A stretch of DNA of 63,765 nt, counting the filler, from Hausera hauseri (Eukaryota), in assembly GCA_046269625.1 (NCBI GenBank). It is 12 parts of 12 records of this genome, joined end to end, with 100 filler letters (N's around TTAATTAATTAA, not from the genome) between each part and the next. Parts side by side here need not be neighbours in the genome. Positions count along the whole stretch, not along the records: positions 23,663 to 28,240 come from JBJURY010520236.1; positions 28,341 to 33,325 come from JBJURY010370482.1; positions 33,426 to 39,783 come from JBJURY010107876.1; 9 more parts are not named here. One strand, given 5' to 3'. Under the pieces are notes generated by a model that was not told the DNA's origin, did no database searches, and saw nothing but the letters and a program-made list of their open reading frames with translations. Shown piece after piece: positions 23,767 through 37,100 of this stretch (its first letter is position 1; every line of letters starts with the position of its first letter). The translations under genes were made by a program, and so were the position numbers.

Positions 23767-26700
23767 AAATGTTTACAATATCCCATGTATTGCGTCTCCT
23801 GCATACATGAGGGTGGACAATGTCACAAGGAAATGGCCAAATATTATTCAGTGGTCAAGGACACGTACCTGTGTCCCGTGTGTTTTATTCAAAACACATG
23901 CCCGTACTCCAACTTTTATGAGATGCACAAGCATCATCTCGGTCCGTTCACGCGGTCCAAGAAAATGATGCATGTGTATTGCCCCACATACCCACGTTAC
24001 TGTACTTGTAAGGTGCATGCCTTTATATAGTGCGGTACTATGGTACAACAAAAACAACAACACAACAACAACCACAACGGTGCACGATAAACGGGCCTAT
24101 GTATGTTCCGGTTGTTCTATAGTTGAGAAGCATATCAACTATGAACAATTCTGTAAAAACCACGTTGGCCACTTGAACCAGTTTCAGAGGTACAAAAAGG
24201 AAATATTATTGGACGCGGCAAGAAGCAGTAACAGGAAACGTTAAGCATCAGCAAGCCTTGACAAATATTTTTAAACAACAGAAGTCAGAAACAGCAACAG
24301 CAGCAGCAGCATGAATGTGAATCGCCCATAACTGTCAAGTACAACCTGAACAGGTTGTACGTGGACATGAAGGTGGACATGTCGGCGAAAGCACCAACGC
24401 AATTGAAGGATGTACCCGCTAATGTGCGTAACCGGTTGGAATCATAAGTGGCCAAATTCCAACAACATTACTGCAAAGTGCAGTATTATACACTTGCAGA
24501 ATTTGAAAATCTGCAGGGTGACAGAAAACAATGGTACCTGTCACATCGATCCGTACCATACTTTGAGGATTTTATTGCCAATGTATGCGAAAAGCGTGAC
24601 GAAAAAATCGCCAACTACATCAAAAGGAGCAGTAGTTGGCGAGTTGTAAAGATTGTCACTCTCGGCTTTATTCTGACCAAGATGAGTGACATGATTTACC
24701 TGTCTGGACGTTCATTCATACCGACACCTGCATCCTTGTAGCAGTCTCTGGCGGTAGTGAATGTACAAAATATTAACGACGAATACGGCTTCATTTACAT
24801 CATTCTGGTCATATTGAAATATAATCAAGTGTTCAGACATCATGCAAATTGTGCAAAGCAGTACAGTAAGTATTTTTCAGAATTGGACTACGACGAGTGT
24901 TGTATGCCGATAAAACTCAAAACCATTCCGACTTTTGAACGGCGTAATTCGACACTGGCAATTAACGCGTTCCGGTTCAACACAATCGTAGAGATACCGG
25001 TGGATGAGGAAATTTACAAGAATCCTCATGTGGACATAATTTTCCGCAGTGGAAATCCAACTGGAAGCCCAGTAAATTTGTTGCTGTTGGAGAATGAAGA
25101 AAAGTTTCAATACACTGCCGTGACCAATTTGGACAGATTGTTGAACATGGAGCGTATACGGTTCAAATGGTGTCCCGTGTGTCTGCATAGATTCCGGTCA
25201 AATGAGACATGGGAAAAGAATGTGGCGCTGTGCAGGCAAACTTCATCAGGAACCACAATGTACGTTATGCCAGTCAAAAAGGAGTTGAGATTTAGCAACT
25301 GGTTAAAAACGGACTGTCCTGCACATGTGATGTATGCCGATATCGAAGAAATTCTACCACGCACAATGTATACAATCAAAAGCGCGTTCCAATTGCCCTC
25401 AGTATGTTGCTAGTACCATGGTTAAAACTGTGTACGTGATTTTCTGTAGCAGTTGGAAACCATAGTGGAAACGGAAATCGTGCCGTGGTATCGCAACAAT
25501 TGCAATAAGCCATTGATTTCCGCATACAAATATCAACTGTTGCTTTTTGCTGTTACCGATGAATGCTATCTGTACCACAAAATAATATCATTTGATGCAC
25601 AGAAACGGCTCATACCGGATCACGACCATTTCATCGGTCGATACTTGGGAGCAGCATGCAATTCACGCAATTTAGCAAGGCGAGTGCGACCATTCCTGCC
25701 GGTGATCTTTTATAATTTCCGAGGTTATGACTGTCACATTATTCTCAAATGGGCCATTAACGGCTTTCCGCACTGCGAACTCTCCATAATTCCCACTACA
25801 ATGGAGAAAGACCTGTTACTGTCTGCTGGTATTAACCGGTTTCAGGTACGCTTCCTTGATTCATTGCAATTTCTCAATGAATCTCTGGCAAAGCTGGTAA
25901 ATGCCTTGCCAGATGTGCCGCTAACATTAACTCAGTTCCCACACATTTTGCACGTAGCAAAGGTATATTCCCGTATGATTTTGCGATATTGTACGAGCGG
26001 CTCCAGATGACAGACGAATTGCCACCGCAATGGTCCGGTATCACAGAAGAAGAATATCACAAAACAAAATCGTTTTGATTAGATCTGGGCTGCAGAAAAC
26101 TGTTGGAGTACATGCTTCTGTATCTGAAATTGGACGTGTACCTGTTAGCCTATGTGTTTCAGACATTTCCAGCTAAAGCGTTGGCAGGAGATAATCTGGA
26201 GCCACTTAACTTTTACTCAATATCTGAAATGAGTTGGACATCAGCCCTAATGTCACTGGATCGGGATATTGAGCTGTTGGAAGACCCGGAAATGTATCGA
26301 ATGTTTAATGGTGGTATTTGTGGCGGCATAACATTTGTCAAAAAGCATCACTTAACCAGTGATGATACCACATCACTGTTGTATATCGACGTTAATAACC
26401 TGTATGGCTAAGCGCTTTCACAACCCTTGCCGTACGGTTTTTTCCAATGGGTAGTTGACAAACAGGACCTGGACACAGTACTGGAAAATCTGTCGAAAGC
26501 AGACACGACAGCAGGAAACAGTTCAATCGGATACCTAATGGAAATCGATCTTGTGGTACCAGATGAGCTGCATGACATTCTGGATGAACTGTCAGTCGCA
26601 CCAATTAGACAATATCCTCCGGGCTCGAAGGTGAAAAAGCTGCTTATGACGCATGAACCCAAGTAAAATTACATAGTTCATTGGCGTCTGTTGCAATTTT

Positions 26701-27298
26701 ACATGCAGCTGGATGTACGAGTCACACGGCTGCATCGCGCAATTCGATGCGCACAAGCTCTGATATTCAAGCCGTACAACACTCGGAATTTTGAAAAATG
26801 AGCTGCAGCTTGTGCGAAATTTAAAAAAGACTATTACAAACTGAAAAACAATTCTATCTACGGGAAAACAGTAGAGAATCTGAAAAAGCGACTCAATGTA
26901 CGGCTATGTAATATCGAAAAGCGGTTGGTCACGTACACGAGCAAGGCACAGTTCAGGCGATCAACGCACATTGCCGATGGATTAGTTACCGTGCTTTTGA
27001 ACAGGGAAGACGTCGTACTGGACCGGCCAAGTTATATAGGACAAGTGGTATTGGATCTAAGCAAGTTGCGGATGTATGAGCTACAGTATCGCGATTTGGC
27101 ACCTTACCGGCAAATGTTTAGCAACGGCAACTGCAGCGGCGGCGGCAGCGGCGGATGAAGGATCAATATAATTGCTCGTGACACAGTTAGGTTTTTCTTT
27201 AAACTGGAAAACGTCAATCCCGAACAACTACTGCGGCTGTTTCAAGGATGAAAGTGAAGGTTCGGTTCAATATCGGGAATGGGCATTTCTACGGCCAG
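23767..27298 (+). pseudogene. Polinton/Maverick protein-primed DNA polymerase B, copy 1 (decayed), with N-terminal Cys/His domain
   Basis: LSGRSFIPTP, VNVQN, YADIE, DHDH..YLGAAC, YNFRGYD, FLDSLQFL, YLKLDV, GICGG, YIDVNNLYG, KLKNNSIYGKTVEN, YIGQVVLDLSKLRMY. Confidence 0.92.
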
Positions 27299-27414
27299 CT
27301 TTTGTTTTATTATCATTTAATTTATCTATTTAACTTAATATGATGAGAAACAACATAAAGAACAAAATCAACAAAATTTATTAATCATAACCTGAAATAA
27401 AAAAGAAGGTGAGC

Positions 27415-27852
27415 CCAATCAGCGTAAACTTTCCCAGCTTCCGTATTGGTGATTTAACGCCGTGCAGATCCATATATCCTTTCAACTTCAATGTTAGATG
27501 ATCTTTAGCTCCTTCTGATGGCAAAACTGCTGCTGCTGTTTCTCCGCCATGTGAACTGACAATTTTTTGCCATTTTTGCTTTGAGAAAAATCGTCACTAA
27601 ATCACTGTCAACTTTTCTAATTGTTTCTTCCATTGTATCATAATCATCGTCGCTGATCTTTTTCACCAATAGACCGTGTTTCACCGGTTTGATTTTGACC
27701 GTTTGCGTCAATGGCAATTGAATAGCGTTGCACAGATAATGTAAGTTGTATCCATTATACAACCGGGAATTTCTGAGCGAATATTCGCTGTACCTTGGCT
27801 TTTTTGAGATACTCGCGGAACTGTCACCTGCTGAATTGATTTCCAAAGATAT
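27415..27852 (-). pseudogene. Polinton accessory ORF convergent with PolB (homolog of 55524-55989); possible OB-fold ssDNA-binding protein
   Basis: Clear DNA and protein similarity to 55524-55989. Function is inferred only. Confidence 0.6.
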
Positions 27853-27997
27853 TTTTTAAATAAGACTAACGTGAAATGAAATTGCATCCATATTTATACC
27901 AAATTTGTTCATACCGGTTTGGCTTCATTGTAAACATTAGACATTTACTTTGTGAGTTTTGTCTCATATCACAATGATACAAATTACCTCTACGTCA

Positions 27998-28240
27998 TTA
28001 AAGCCCATGACACTGTTTCGTTCCGTTATTGAAGAAGTCATTCGTAATGTGTACAATTTCCATTATACAACATTTACATTCTGAACATTGGTGGGTTACT
28101 TTGGTGGTGGAACACATTTGACAAACAACGAGATGGCCGTACATTAAGAATACCGTATCCACTTTTCCATGTTTACATAGTACACACATAAACTTACAGT
28201 CTCGTACTTTGTCCATTATTTTCACTTTCAGGTTCTTTAA
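27998..28240 (-). CDS. IAP/MDM2-type RING finger protein fragment (5' truncated by contig end)
   Basis: CVLCKHGKVDTVFLMYGHLVVCQMC..CSECKCCI fits CxxC-x8-FxPCGHxxxCxxC-xn-CPxCRxxI with PC degenerate. Confidence 0.72.
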   Translation of the reverse strand, partial: LKNLKVKIMDKVRDCKFMCVLCKHGKVDTVFLMYGHLVVCQMCSTTKVTHQCSECKCCIMEIVHITNDFFNNGTKQCHGL

Positions 28241-28424
28241 NNNNNNNNNNNNNNNNNNNNNNNNNNNNNNNNNNNNNNNNNNNNTTAATTAATTAANNNN
28301 NNNNNNNNNNNNNNNNNNNNNNNNNNNNNNNNNNNNNNNNTAGGATTATGTTTAATGTTTATGTATTTTAATTTATTTTATTTATAATTCTAATCTATTT
28401 TAAATGTTAATTGTTTAAATTTAG

Positions 28425-31400
28425 AAATGCAAGCAATATTCCATGTATTGCATCTCTTGCATGCATGCGGAGGGAATCAGTGCCATCAACAGATGTAGAA
28501 ATATTACAAAATTGGCACGGACACGTATGTGTGTTCAACGAGTGATCTTCCAACCCAATGTCCGTACCCCGACTTTTATGAGATGCACAAGCATCATCTC
28601 GGACCGTTAACTCGGTCTAAGAAAATGATGGTTGAGCATTGCCCCACATACCCACACTACTGCAGAAATAAAGTGCACAACGTTAGTGGTTGTCATAGTT
28701 CAATGGAGCAGTACTATAGCACCACAACGCTGCACAATAAACGGGCCTATGTTTGTCCCGGTTGCTCAATAGTTGAAGCTGAAATCAACAATGAATAATT
28801 TTATAATTTGCACAAGGTCCACTTAAACCAGCTTAAGCGGTCGAAAAAACAATTAGTTATGTACGCAACTAAAAGCAGCAACATCCCCTCAACAACCAGT
28901 AGGAAGCGTCAGGCCTCAACAAGTCTTGACGAATTAATCAGAAATAGTACCTAGCAGCAGCAGCAGCAGCAGCAGAAGCAGAGCCAGGAGCAGCAGGAAC
29001 AGGATCAACAACAACAACAACAATAGGAGCAGCAGGAGGCCAATATTCCAAATATTACAGTCAGGCACGGTCTGAACAGATCGTATGTGAACACAAAAGT
29101 GAACATGTATGCGAAAACAACAACATCGCAGTTGAGACATGTTCCGCAAAATGCCCGCAACCGGTTGGAATGAAAAGTGGAGAAATTCAAACATCATTGC
29201 AAAGAGCAATATTACGCACTTGCAGAATTCGAAAACGTACAAGGTGATAGGAAACAGTGGTACCTGTCACATCAAGCTGTACCATACGCCGAAGATTTTA
29301 TTGTCGATGTAGGCAAAAAGCTTGAGGAGAAAATGACCAACTACACAGAAAATGTAGTGGATGGTGAATTATAAAAATTGTCACCCTTGCCTTTATCATA
29401 ACAAAGTCGAGTGACATAATATATTTATTTGGCCGATCATTCACGCCGACACCTGTAGCTTTAAGGCAGTCTCTGGCAGTAGTGAATGTTAAAAATACTA
29501 ATGATGAATACTGTTTTCTTTACAGTATTCTGGCGGTATTGAAATATGACGAAGTGGGCAGCATAGTGCATTTCGTCCAAAACAGTATCAGAAATATTTT
29601 TCCTAATTAAATTGCGATGGATGCTGGATGCTGATGAAACTGAAATCCATTTTGACATTTTAACGGCGTAATCCAACACGAGCAATCAACGTGTTCCGGT
29701 ACAACACAATAATAGAGATACCGGTGGATGAAGAAATTTACAAAAATCCCCATGTGGATATAATCTATCGTAGTCGAAACCCAAATGGCCACCCAATATA
29801 TTTATTGCTGTCAGAGCAAAAGGAAAAATTCCATTACGTTGCCCTGACAAATCTGGACAAACTGCTGAACATTGAACATGACGAGTTCATCAAAAACGTA
29901 TACGGTGTAAATAGTGTCCTGTATGTCTGCGTGGATTCACATCAGAAACAACATGGGAGAAACATGTGGCTTTGTGGAGACAAAATTCGTTAAGAACCAC
30001 AATGTAGGTCATGCCAGTCAAAAAGGAACTGAGATTCAGTGATTGGTCAAAATCCGATAGTCCGACATACGTGGTATATGCTGATATTGAAGCCATTCTA
30101 CCACGGTACAATGTACACGACCAAAAACGTGTTCCAATCGCTGTCGGTATGTTAATAGTCCCAGTAAAAGCCGCAGCTCAACCTCAATATTACGTTTTCC
30201 GCGGCTGGTAGTGACCAATAAAGGCCATTGGACAGCTGTATTATTACGTTTTTCATGGTTGGAACTGTATTCGTGATTTCCTCTAGCAGTTGGAAATAAT
30301 AGTAGAAACTGAAATCGCACTGTGGTATTTCGGTAATGGCATCAATCCTTTGATCTAGACAGATGGAGATAAACGCCTGACGTTTACAATAACGGATGAA
30401 TGTTACCTGTGCCACAAAATATTACCGTTTGATGCACTGGAACGGCTAGTACCGCATCACGATCATTTTATTGGTCAATATCTCGCAGCAGCATATAATG
30501 TATGCAATTTGGCAAGGCGTGTGCGACCATTCCTACTGGTAGTATTTCATAACTTCAGGGTTATGATTGTCACCATATTTTAAAATGGGCACTAAACGAT
30601 GAAAGATTCTGTTTTGGAACGAAAATTGTCATTGAAGTTTGGAAGATTTTTGGACACTTGAATTGTTGGTTGAATACTGGAAAAGTTTTGTTTTCTAAAT
30701 ATGCTTTAAAGTTGCTCAAAAAATCGTATGTGAACGAAATTTATAACGTTGACGATAAAACTGAATTTAAAGAATGAATTAAATGAGAAACATACCACCA
30801 ATTTCCGTGCAAAAACAATGTTCTAAAAGGTGAAGAATAAAAAAGTCCCAAAATGTCTGTATTTTTTTTCAACATTTTTTTACAAGTTGCCGTCACGAAT
30901 ATTTAAACAAAAAAAGAATCATGACTATACAATCCAAAAATATTTTGTTATTTTTTGGTTGGGCCAATGTTGGCACATCAAACGGATCTCCGCATTGGGA
31001 ACTATCCGTAATTCCGACTACTATAGAGAAATACTTGTTACTGTCTGCTCGTACAAATCGGTTCTAGGTACGCTTCCTCAATTCATTGCAATTTCTCAAT
31101 AAATCTTTGGCAAAAATGGTGAATGTCTTGCCAGATGTGCTGCTAACAATGACTCAGTTCCCTGTACATATTTCGCGTATCAAAAACATATTTCCATATG
31201 ATTTTGCAATATCGTACGAGCGGCTCCAGGCGACAGACGAATTATCACCGCCATGGCCCGGTGTCACAGAAGAAGAAAGTAACAAAGCACAGTCGTTTTA
31301 GTAGAGCTCGGCTTCAGAAACCTGTTGAAATACATGCTTCAGTATCTGAAATTGGATGAATACCTGTTAGCCGATGTGTTTCAGACATTTCGAGCTAAAG

Positions 31401-31880
31401 CGTTGACAGAAGACAGGCTGGAGCCATTCAACTTTTACTCAATAGCCGGAATGAGTTGGGCATCAGCTCTGATGTCACCGGACCGGGATATTGAGATATT
31501 GCAAGACATGGAAATGTACCGAATATTTGATGTTCGTATTCGTGGAGGCATGACATTTGTCAAAAAGCATCACGTAGCCAGTGATGATACCACATTACTG
31601 TTTTATATCGACATTAACAAGCTCTACATCTGGGCGCTTTCACAACCCTTGCCGTACGGTTCATTCGAATAGACAGTCGCTAAGCAAGAGCTGGACGAAA
31701 TAATAGAAAATCTGCCGAGAGAAGACACAACAGAAAGCAGCTTAATCGGATACCTGATGAAAGTCGACTTCGTGGTACCAGATGAGTTGCATGACTTTCT
31801 GGATGAACTACCGGTCGACCAATTAACCAATGTCCGCCGGGTTTGAAGATGAAGAAGCTGCTTATGATGCATGAACTTAA
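28425..31880 (+). pseudogene. Polinton PolB copy 2 (decayed, interrupted by a 382-bp insertion, 3' truncated)
   Basis: Colinear with copy 1: YADIEAILP, HDHF, IFPYDF, YLKLDEYLLADVFQTFR, IRGG, YIDINKLY, KLLMMHE. Confidence 0.9.
30598..30979. mobile_element. 382-bp insertion in PolB copy 2 with a 4-bp target-site duplication (AAAC) and GATG...CATC termini
   Basis: Removing it restores KWALNGSPHWELS, matching KWAINGFPH(C/W)ELS in the other copies. AAAC at 30594-30597 and 30980-30983. Confidence 0.7.
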
Positions 31881-34142
31881 GTGTGGTGCCCACCGCGGCC
31901 GGTGCCCTTCGACCCATTTTGGTCGAGCACGGTCGGGCGTCCGTTATCGCCGTGTCGGATCAATAGTGGGGTCCGACTCCCCGCTTTAAGAATTTAATCC
32001 GTCGATTTAGACGAGAATACTATGGAATATCTCCCAGTGCTACATTCAGACCCACTATCCGACCAACAGTTCCTCATCACTTTATCACACATCTCCATTT
32101 CAACCCAGATAACAAGCACTACTCAACCAGCAACAACAACTCATTCCCGGCAATCTGACTACCGATGGTGTTATTGGAACCAGTCAGTACGGCATATTCA
32201 ATTCAACTTTAGGTCCGTCCGATGTGTCAACAAATAACGATTTACCGGACTTCCATGGACAACCGAAACCGCAAACCCACAGCAATATCATGCATGGAGT
32301 AAATGGGTCGACATTTATGCTACCGCCAAAATTTCAATATTCTTACGAAATCCCCGCTATTCGCTACCAATCAACAGTACAGTAGTCCCACACCGCCTAC
32401 TCAATCGAGTCTACTGAACTTAAAACTGAGATTCGACAATCATTCAGGTTTTAGAATAATCGATAAGTCTCTATTACATTCACTCTTACAATTTCCTTTT
32501 CATGTTGTCATGGTATATCACATTGTTCAAATGTTTAAATGCGTCCTCAAAATTATCTCCTTCAATACAAGCTGATATTTCACTGATAATCATATCGCAT
32601 TTCTGCTCGACAATCTTCGCCAGACGATTCTAGTCAGCACTGCTCCTTATTTCCGCAATTTGCTCGTTCAGCTCCACAACGTCTATCAACGTATCTGAAT
32701 CGACAGACATTTTACTGCCCTTCAATTCGTACCCTTTCAATTTCAGCACATAAATTGCACGCGTCACTGAAATGGCCTCCTCTCTCTGTGACATCATTAA
32801 TTTGTCCAAAGACAGCAATGGATATTTTACTTCACTCAATCGTCTAATTTTATCCGGATGGACTAGCTGCTAAAATTGTTTCCATCGTTGTTAATGAAAT
32901 CCAAATTCATATCAAACTGAGTTTCAGGAATTCCGAACAAATCAAAATATAAAAATTCACATTTGCACAATTTCTCATCGCAATTCCAACAGCTTCGATT
33001 GACTACTTCGCATGTGTGATTTGATGCCGTAAAAATGTTGAACAATTTTACCGGATTTACTTCCCCTTTGTAAACATTGTTTGTGGCCTTGTAAGATTGC
33101 TAATTCAAGTTTGATTATGCCATCATGTTTAAAAAAGGATTTAATTTTTCGATTTTGAATTTCATTCTACATTACGAACATTTTGCAATTTCAATACGAA
33201 TTTGATTTCCATATATTTTATAAGCAGTTACGTTCTAATTTCGATTTCTACTTTTGGTGTTAAATGCCTTCACATATGACCGGATACAAAATTCTTTTGC
33301 GAAATCATGTCATTGTTAGTCATAGNNNNNNNNNNNNNNNNNNNNNNNNNNNNNNNNNNNNNNNNNNNNTTAATTAATTAANNNNNNNNNNNNNNNNNNN
33401 NNNNNNNNNNNNNNNNNNNNNNNNNAATATTAGTAAAATTTGCAAAAAAATTATTGCAGTGCATGTGAAAAATTGTTTAGATGATAATATTTGGCCGAAA
33501 TGAAACTGTTTTATTATTGGTGACTGGATTATTTTTTATGAAACTTTAGTAAAAAAAAAGGGATTTCAGATGGAATTTTTTGTCGAAATTAGTGAAAGTA
33601 TGAAAAATTGCTGTTTTGTCTAGTTTTTGGGGTGGGAAAGTCAATATTGCTATATACCACAGTCAAAATTGATGAGCGAAGAACTATTAGAAATGCGATT
33701 AAAAACTAGACAATACATCGAAGCATAGAATAACATTGTTGGCATGCTAGAAGTAAAACCGAAATTAAATATTCATTGAAAAACGTATCGAAAATTGTTT
33801 GTAATTTCAAAATTCCGTACGTAAGAGGAAATTGAAGTGTTTAAGGACCAATCGTATCTGTGTTTCCAAAAATATTTCTCACATAACTAAAATGTTGTAC
33901 TTTTATAACAAAACTAGCAGTACGAAATATAATTATACACACAAATTTTATAGATGGCACTTATTATTTTGCAATCAGTATAATTAAAAAATAAAGGATA
34001 ACGATAAAAGACGATAAAAATCAATGAATCATCGTATGATAAAATCACCAAAAGACAAGAACAGTCAGTGACACATTTTTATAGTGACTGATCTTACACT
34101 AAACACAAAATGACAAAAATCTGAAATTCAACTGCGTCTCTG

Positions 34143-37100
34143 TCAATAAACGTCGATGCCATCAGCAAAGGCATCCTGGAAATTTTTGCAAACTGTCGCT
34201 ATCTGACTCCGGCAAATACTGAACGAAATTCACATAAATACGCATAATGAAATAGAGTGAATTCCGTACATTTTTTCATCGCTACTTGTATCGAAATATT
34301 CGATGGACTGCAGCAATTTCGTTACATCGATCTGCAGCTTCTGTAATTTCCTTTCGATCTCATTCGGATCAGTAAGGACGGATGCATTCGTGGATGAGTC
34401 GATCAATATGGAATGATCCGTCAGTCGTCTCGTCAGACCGAGTGTCTTGATATCACTGGCCACTGACAGGTATCGTGCGTAGACTTCGCCACCGGAGGTC
34501 CATGAACTGAACGAGTGACATTCATCCTTGCTGGTGAACTGCTGTACGATGGACTTAATTTTGAGAAACTTATCTCCGATGAGCAATTTTGGCAGCACCG
34601 AGTTCACGTACAGACGGTGGCTCGATTCGTAATGTGTCGCTTGAAACCAATGATGGGCCTCCAACTCCACATTGCCGACATATTTGCAGTAGATGGCTTT
34701 GGACTCATGAATCCACGTCACTGGTACGCGCAACTGTTCAACGACGAACCGCTCGTCATCCGTTAATTCCTTCGAGTCGACGACGTGTCGGACAATCAGA
34801 GATCGCAACAGTGTCGTTCGGTTAGCATCATTTGTTATATGAGTCAGCACGAATGCAGCCAATCGTCAATGGCCACCCCTTTCCAACTGTGCAGCAAATT
34901 TAGCAGATATTTTATCACGGTTGTGGACCTGATAACCGAGAGATGATAAGATACAGCTGAGATGCCATGACGGAGCCCAGTCCTGTGCTAATCGATACTT
35001 GTTGTCACGGCCCATCGATGGTGGATCGAGCAATTTGTCCACGTCATGCAGTTGGTCACAGAACAATTTAATCAGATGATAGCAGCTATCGAAATATTGA
35101 TAATTGTCGTCTATTTTGTCGCCCGTGTCAGTGAATGGAAATGGTGAAGTCACATCTATACCCGATTGGAATTCATCGTCGTATATTTCCACTGTGGAAT
35201 AGATGGGAGCCAAGTACGATTGGACGTACCAATAGAAACAGCCAAATGTCTGGATCCAATTGAGTCGTTTCAAGGGTGACAAGACGGACCCATCTGATAA
35301 GACCATCGAGGTCTGACCAGATAGCAGCAAGTAGATGCTGAGTATGTTCCGTGGAATGTAAACATCGGTCCGTTTCAAGTGCCATAACTGCAGCTGCTCA
35401 CGCAGAACATCACGAGAATGCAGCGGACCACCGGCCTGAGCAATAAGAAGAGCCAAACGGTATTGTTTAATGAAGGCCGACAATTTAGCAGCGGTGGTAA
35501 TTTCCCCACAACATATTAGATCGAGAATGAGATCGTTGACATGATCCTTGTCTATTGTGTCAATGGTAGACTTCAGTACGGCAGTAACAGCATCCACCAA
35601 TTTTCCACGGTTTTGTTTCCTGATCCAATGAGACAAGGACTGTTTACGAGCTACATCTTGCAGACACCCGGGTAACGGGTCCTTCGACTCGACGTCCAAT
35701 CGGCCCCACAACGCGTGGCACATACTAACAATACGCTCAAATGTTTGTCGTTCATTAGTTAACTGACCGATTGTAGTGGCATGCACAGAAAGATACGCAG
35801 TCAGTACATCGATACCTTCCGTCGGCTGCATATGAGGACATCCGGTACTGGACGATGCTTCTGCATGATACGATGTGACCAATGACGATTCCAATAATTT
35901 CATCTGGTATTCGCTGATGTCATACGAATGACTGACGAATCGCAATGAGTTCGGCGCCGAAATTCGTTGCATAAATGGACGATGTTCCGTTTGTGGTTTG
36001 ATAACATTTTTCACAAGTAAATGAAGGCCGGGTGAGTCCCTCATTGCCGAATGGATCGCTGGACGAAATCTGCTACCAGTACAGAATGCAGGCTCCAATA
36101 AACATTTCTTGTACACATTAGCGTCTGTCGATTCCAAGTATTTCGTCAATCGCGTTGGCAGATACAAATGTGGCAACGATTTCACATCTCGCAGATAATT
36201 TGGAATTTCCAATCGCCGACACTTCTGTCCCTTTGATTGTACCGGAGTTGTCGATGACACAGCGTCCACCACGATGGATTTAATGGAACTGTCATCCAAA
36301 TCCTTAAACACAGTCATTTCCTTGAAACTAATAACGGCATTGGACTGTTCGACTTTATCCGAACTTCGTAATGACGATTCGAGAATTCTCTCGCCCATTT
36401 CCATCGATTCAAATTTTTTAGCAAACGGTTCACATTTATCAAAGCCAAACGAACGATTATCGATCGAACGACGAACAGGAAATATGCTGTCAGCCATACA
36501 CTCGTCATCATCACTGTCATACATCGGCAATCGATTTCCCATGTTGAACAAATTGCGATTTTTCGATATCTGCGCCAGTTTACTAATTGGCGTTAAAAAA
36601 CTCGCTTCTTCATTCGTCATTGAATCGGCTTCTGCCGATACCACTTCGTATTCGTCATGCGGCGATTTTTTCGCCAGTTTTGCCGGTTTTCGTCCAAACC
36701 GACCAGCGTCATTATTCGACAACGATTCATCGCCATTATCATCATTATCATCCGATTCATCAAATCGATATTTACTAAAGTGATCAACTTCAAATTCCCA
36801 CGAACCCGATTTCGGAATGTATCGAAGAAATCTGGCACCCATTTTATCCGTACACCGTTTCAATTTCTCTTCAAATTTCATTTCCCTCAGTCGATTGACA
36901 TCACGAATTTCGTCGTGCGTCGACTTGTCCGTCGGCCAAATCCCATGCAAAATGATTTGAGCCAATTTATTCAAACCGAACCCGTTTTCTGGCTTATCGT
37001 TTTCGTTCGGATATACAGTTACTTCCTTGTGTTCGATCATCACCGTTTCGTCAAAATCGATGCCGAATACGTTCGTCCAGTCGGGAAATCGAATAGAACC

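Noticed and set aside
28934-29242. Poly-Leu membrane-like ORF
   Set aside because: Antisense reading of the CAG/CAA poly-Q linker.
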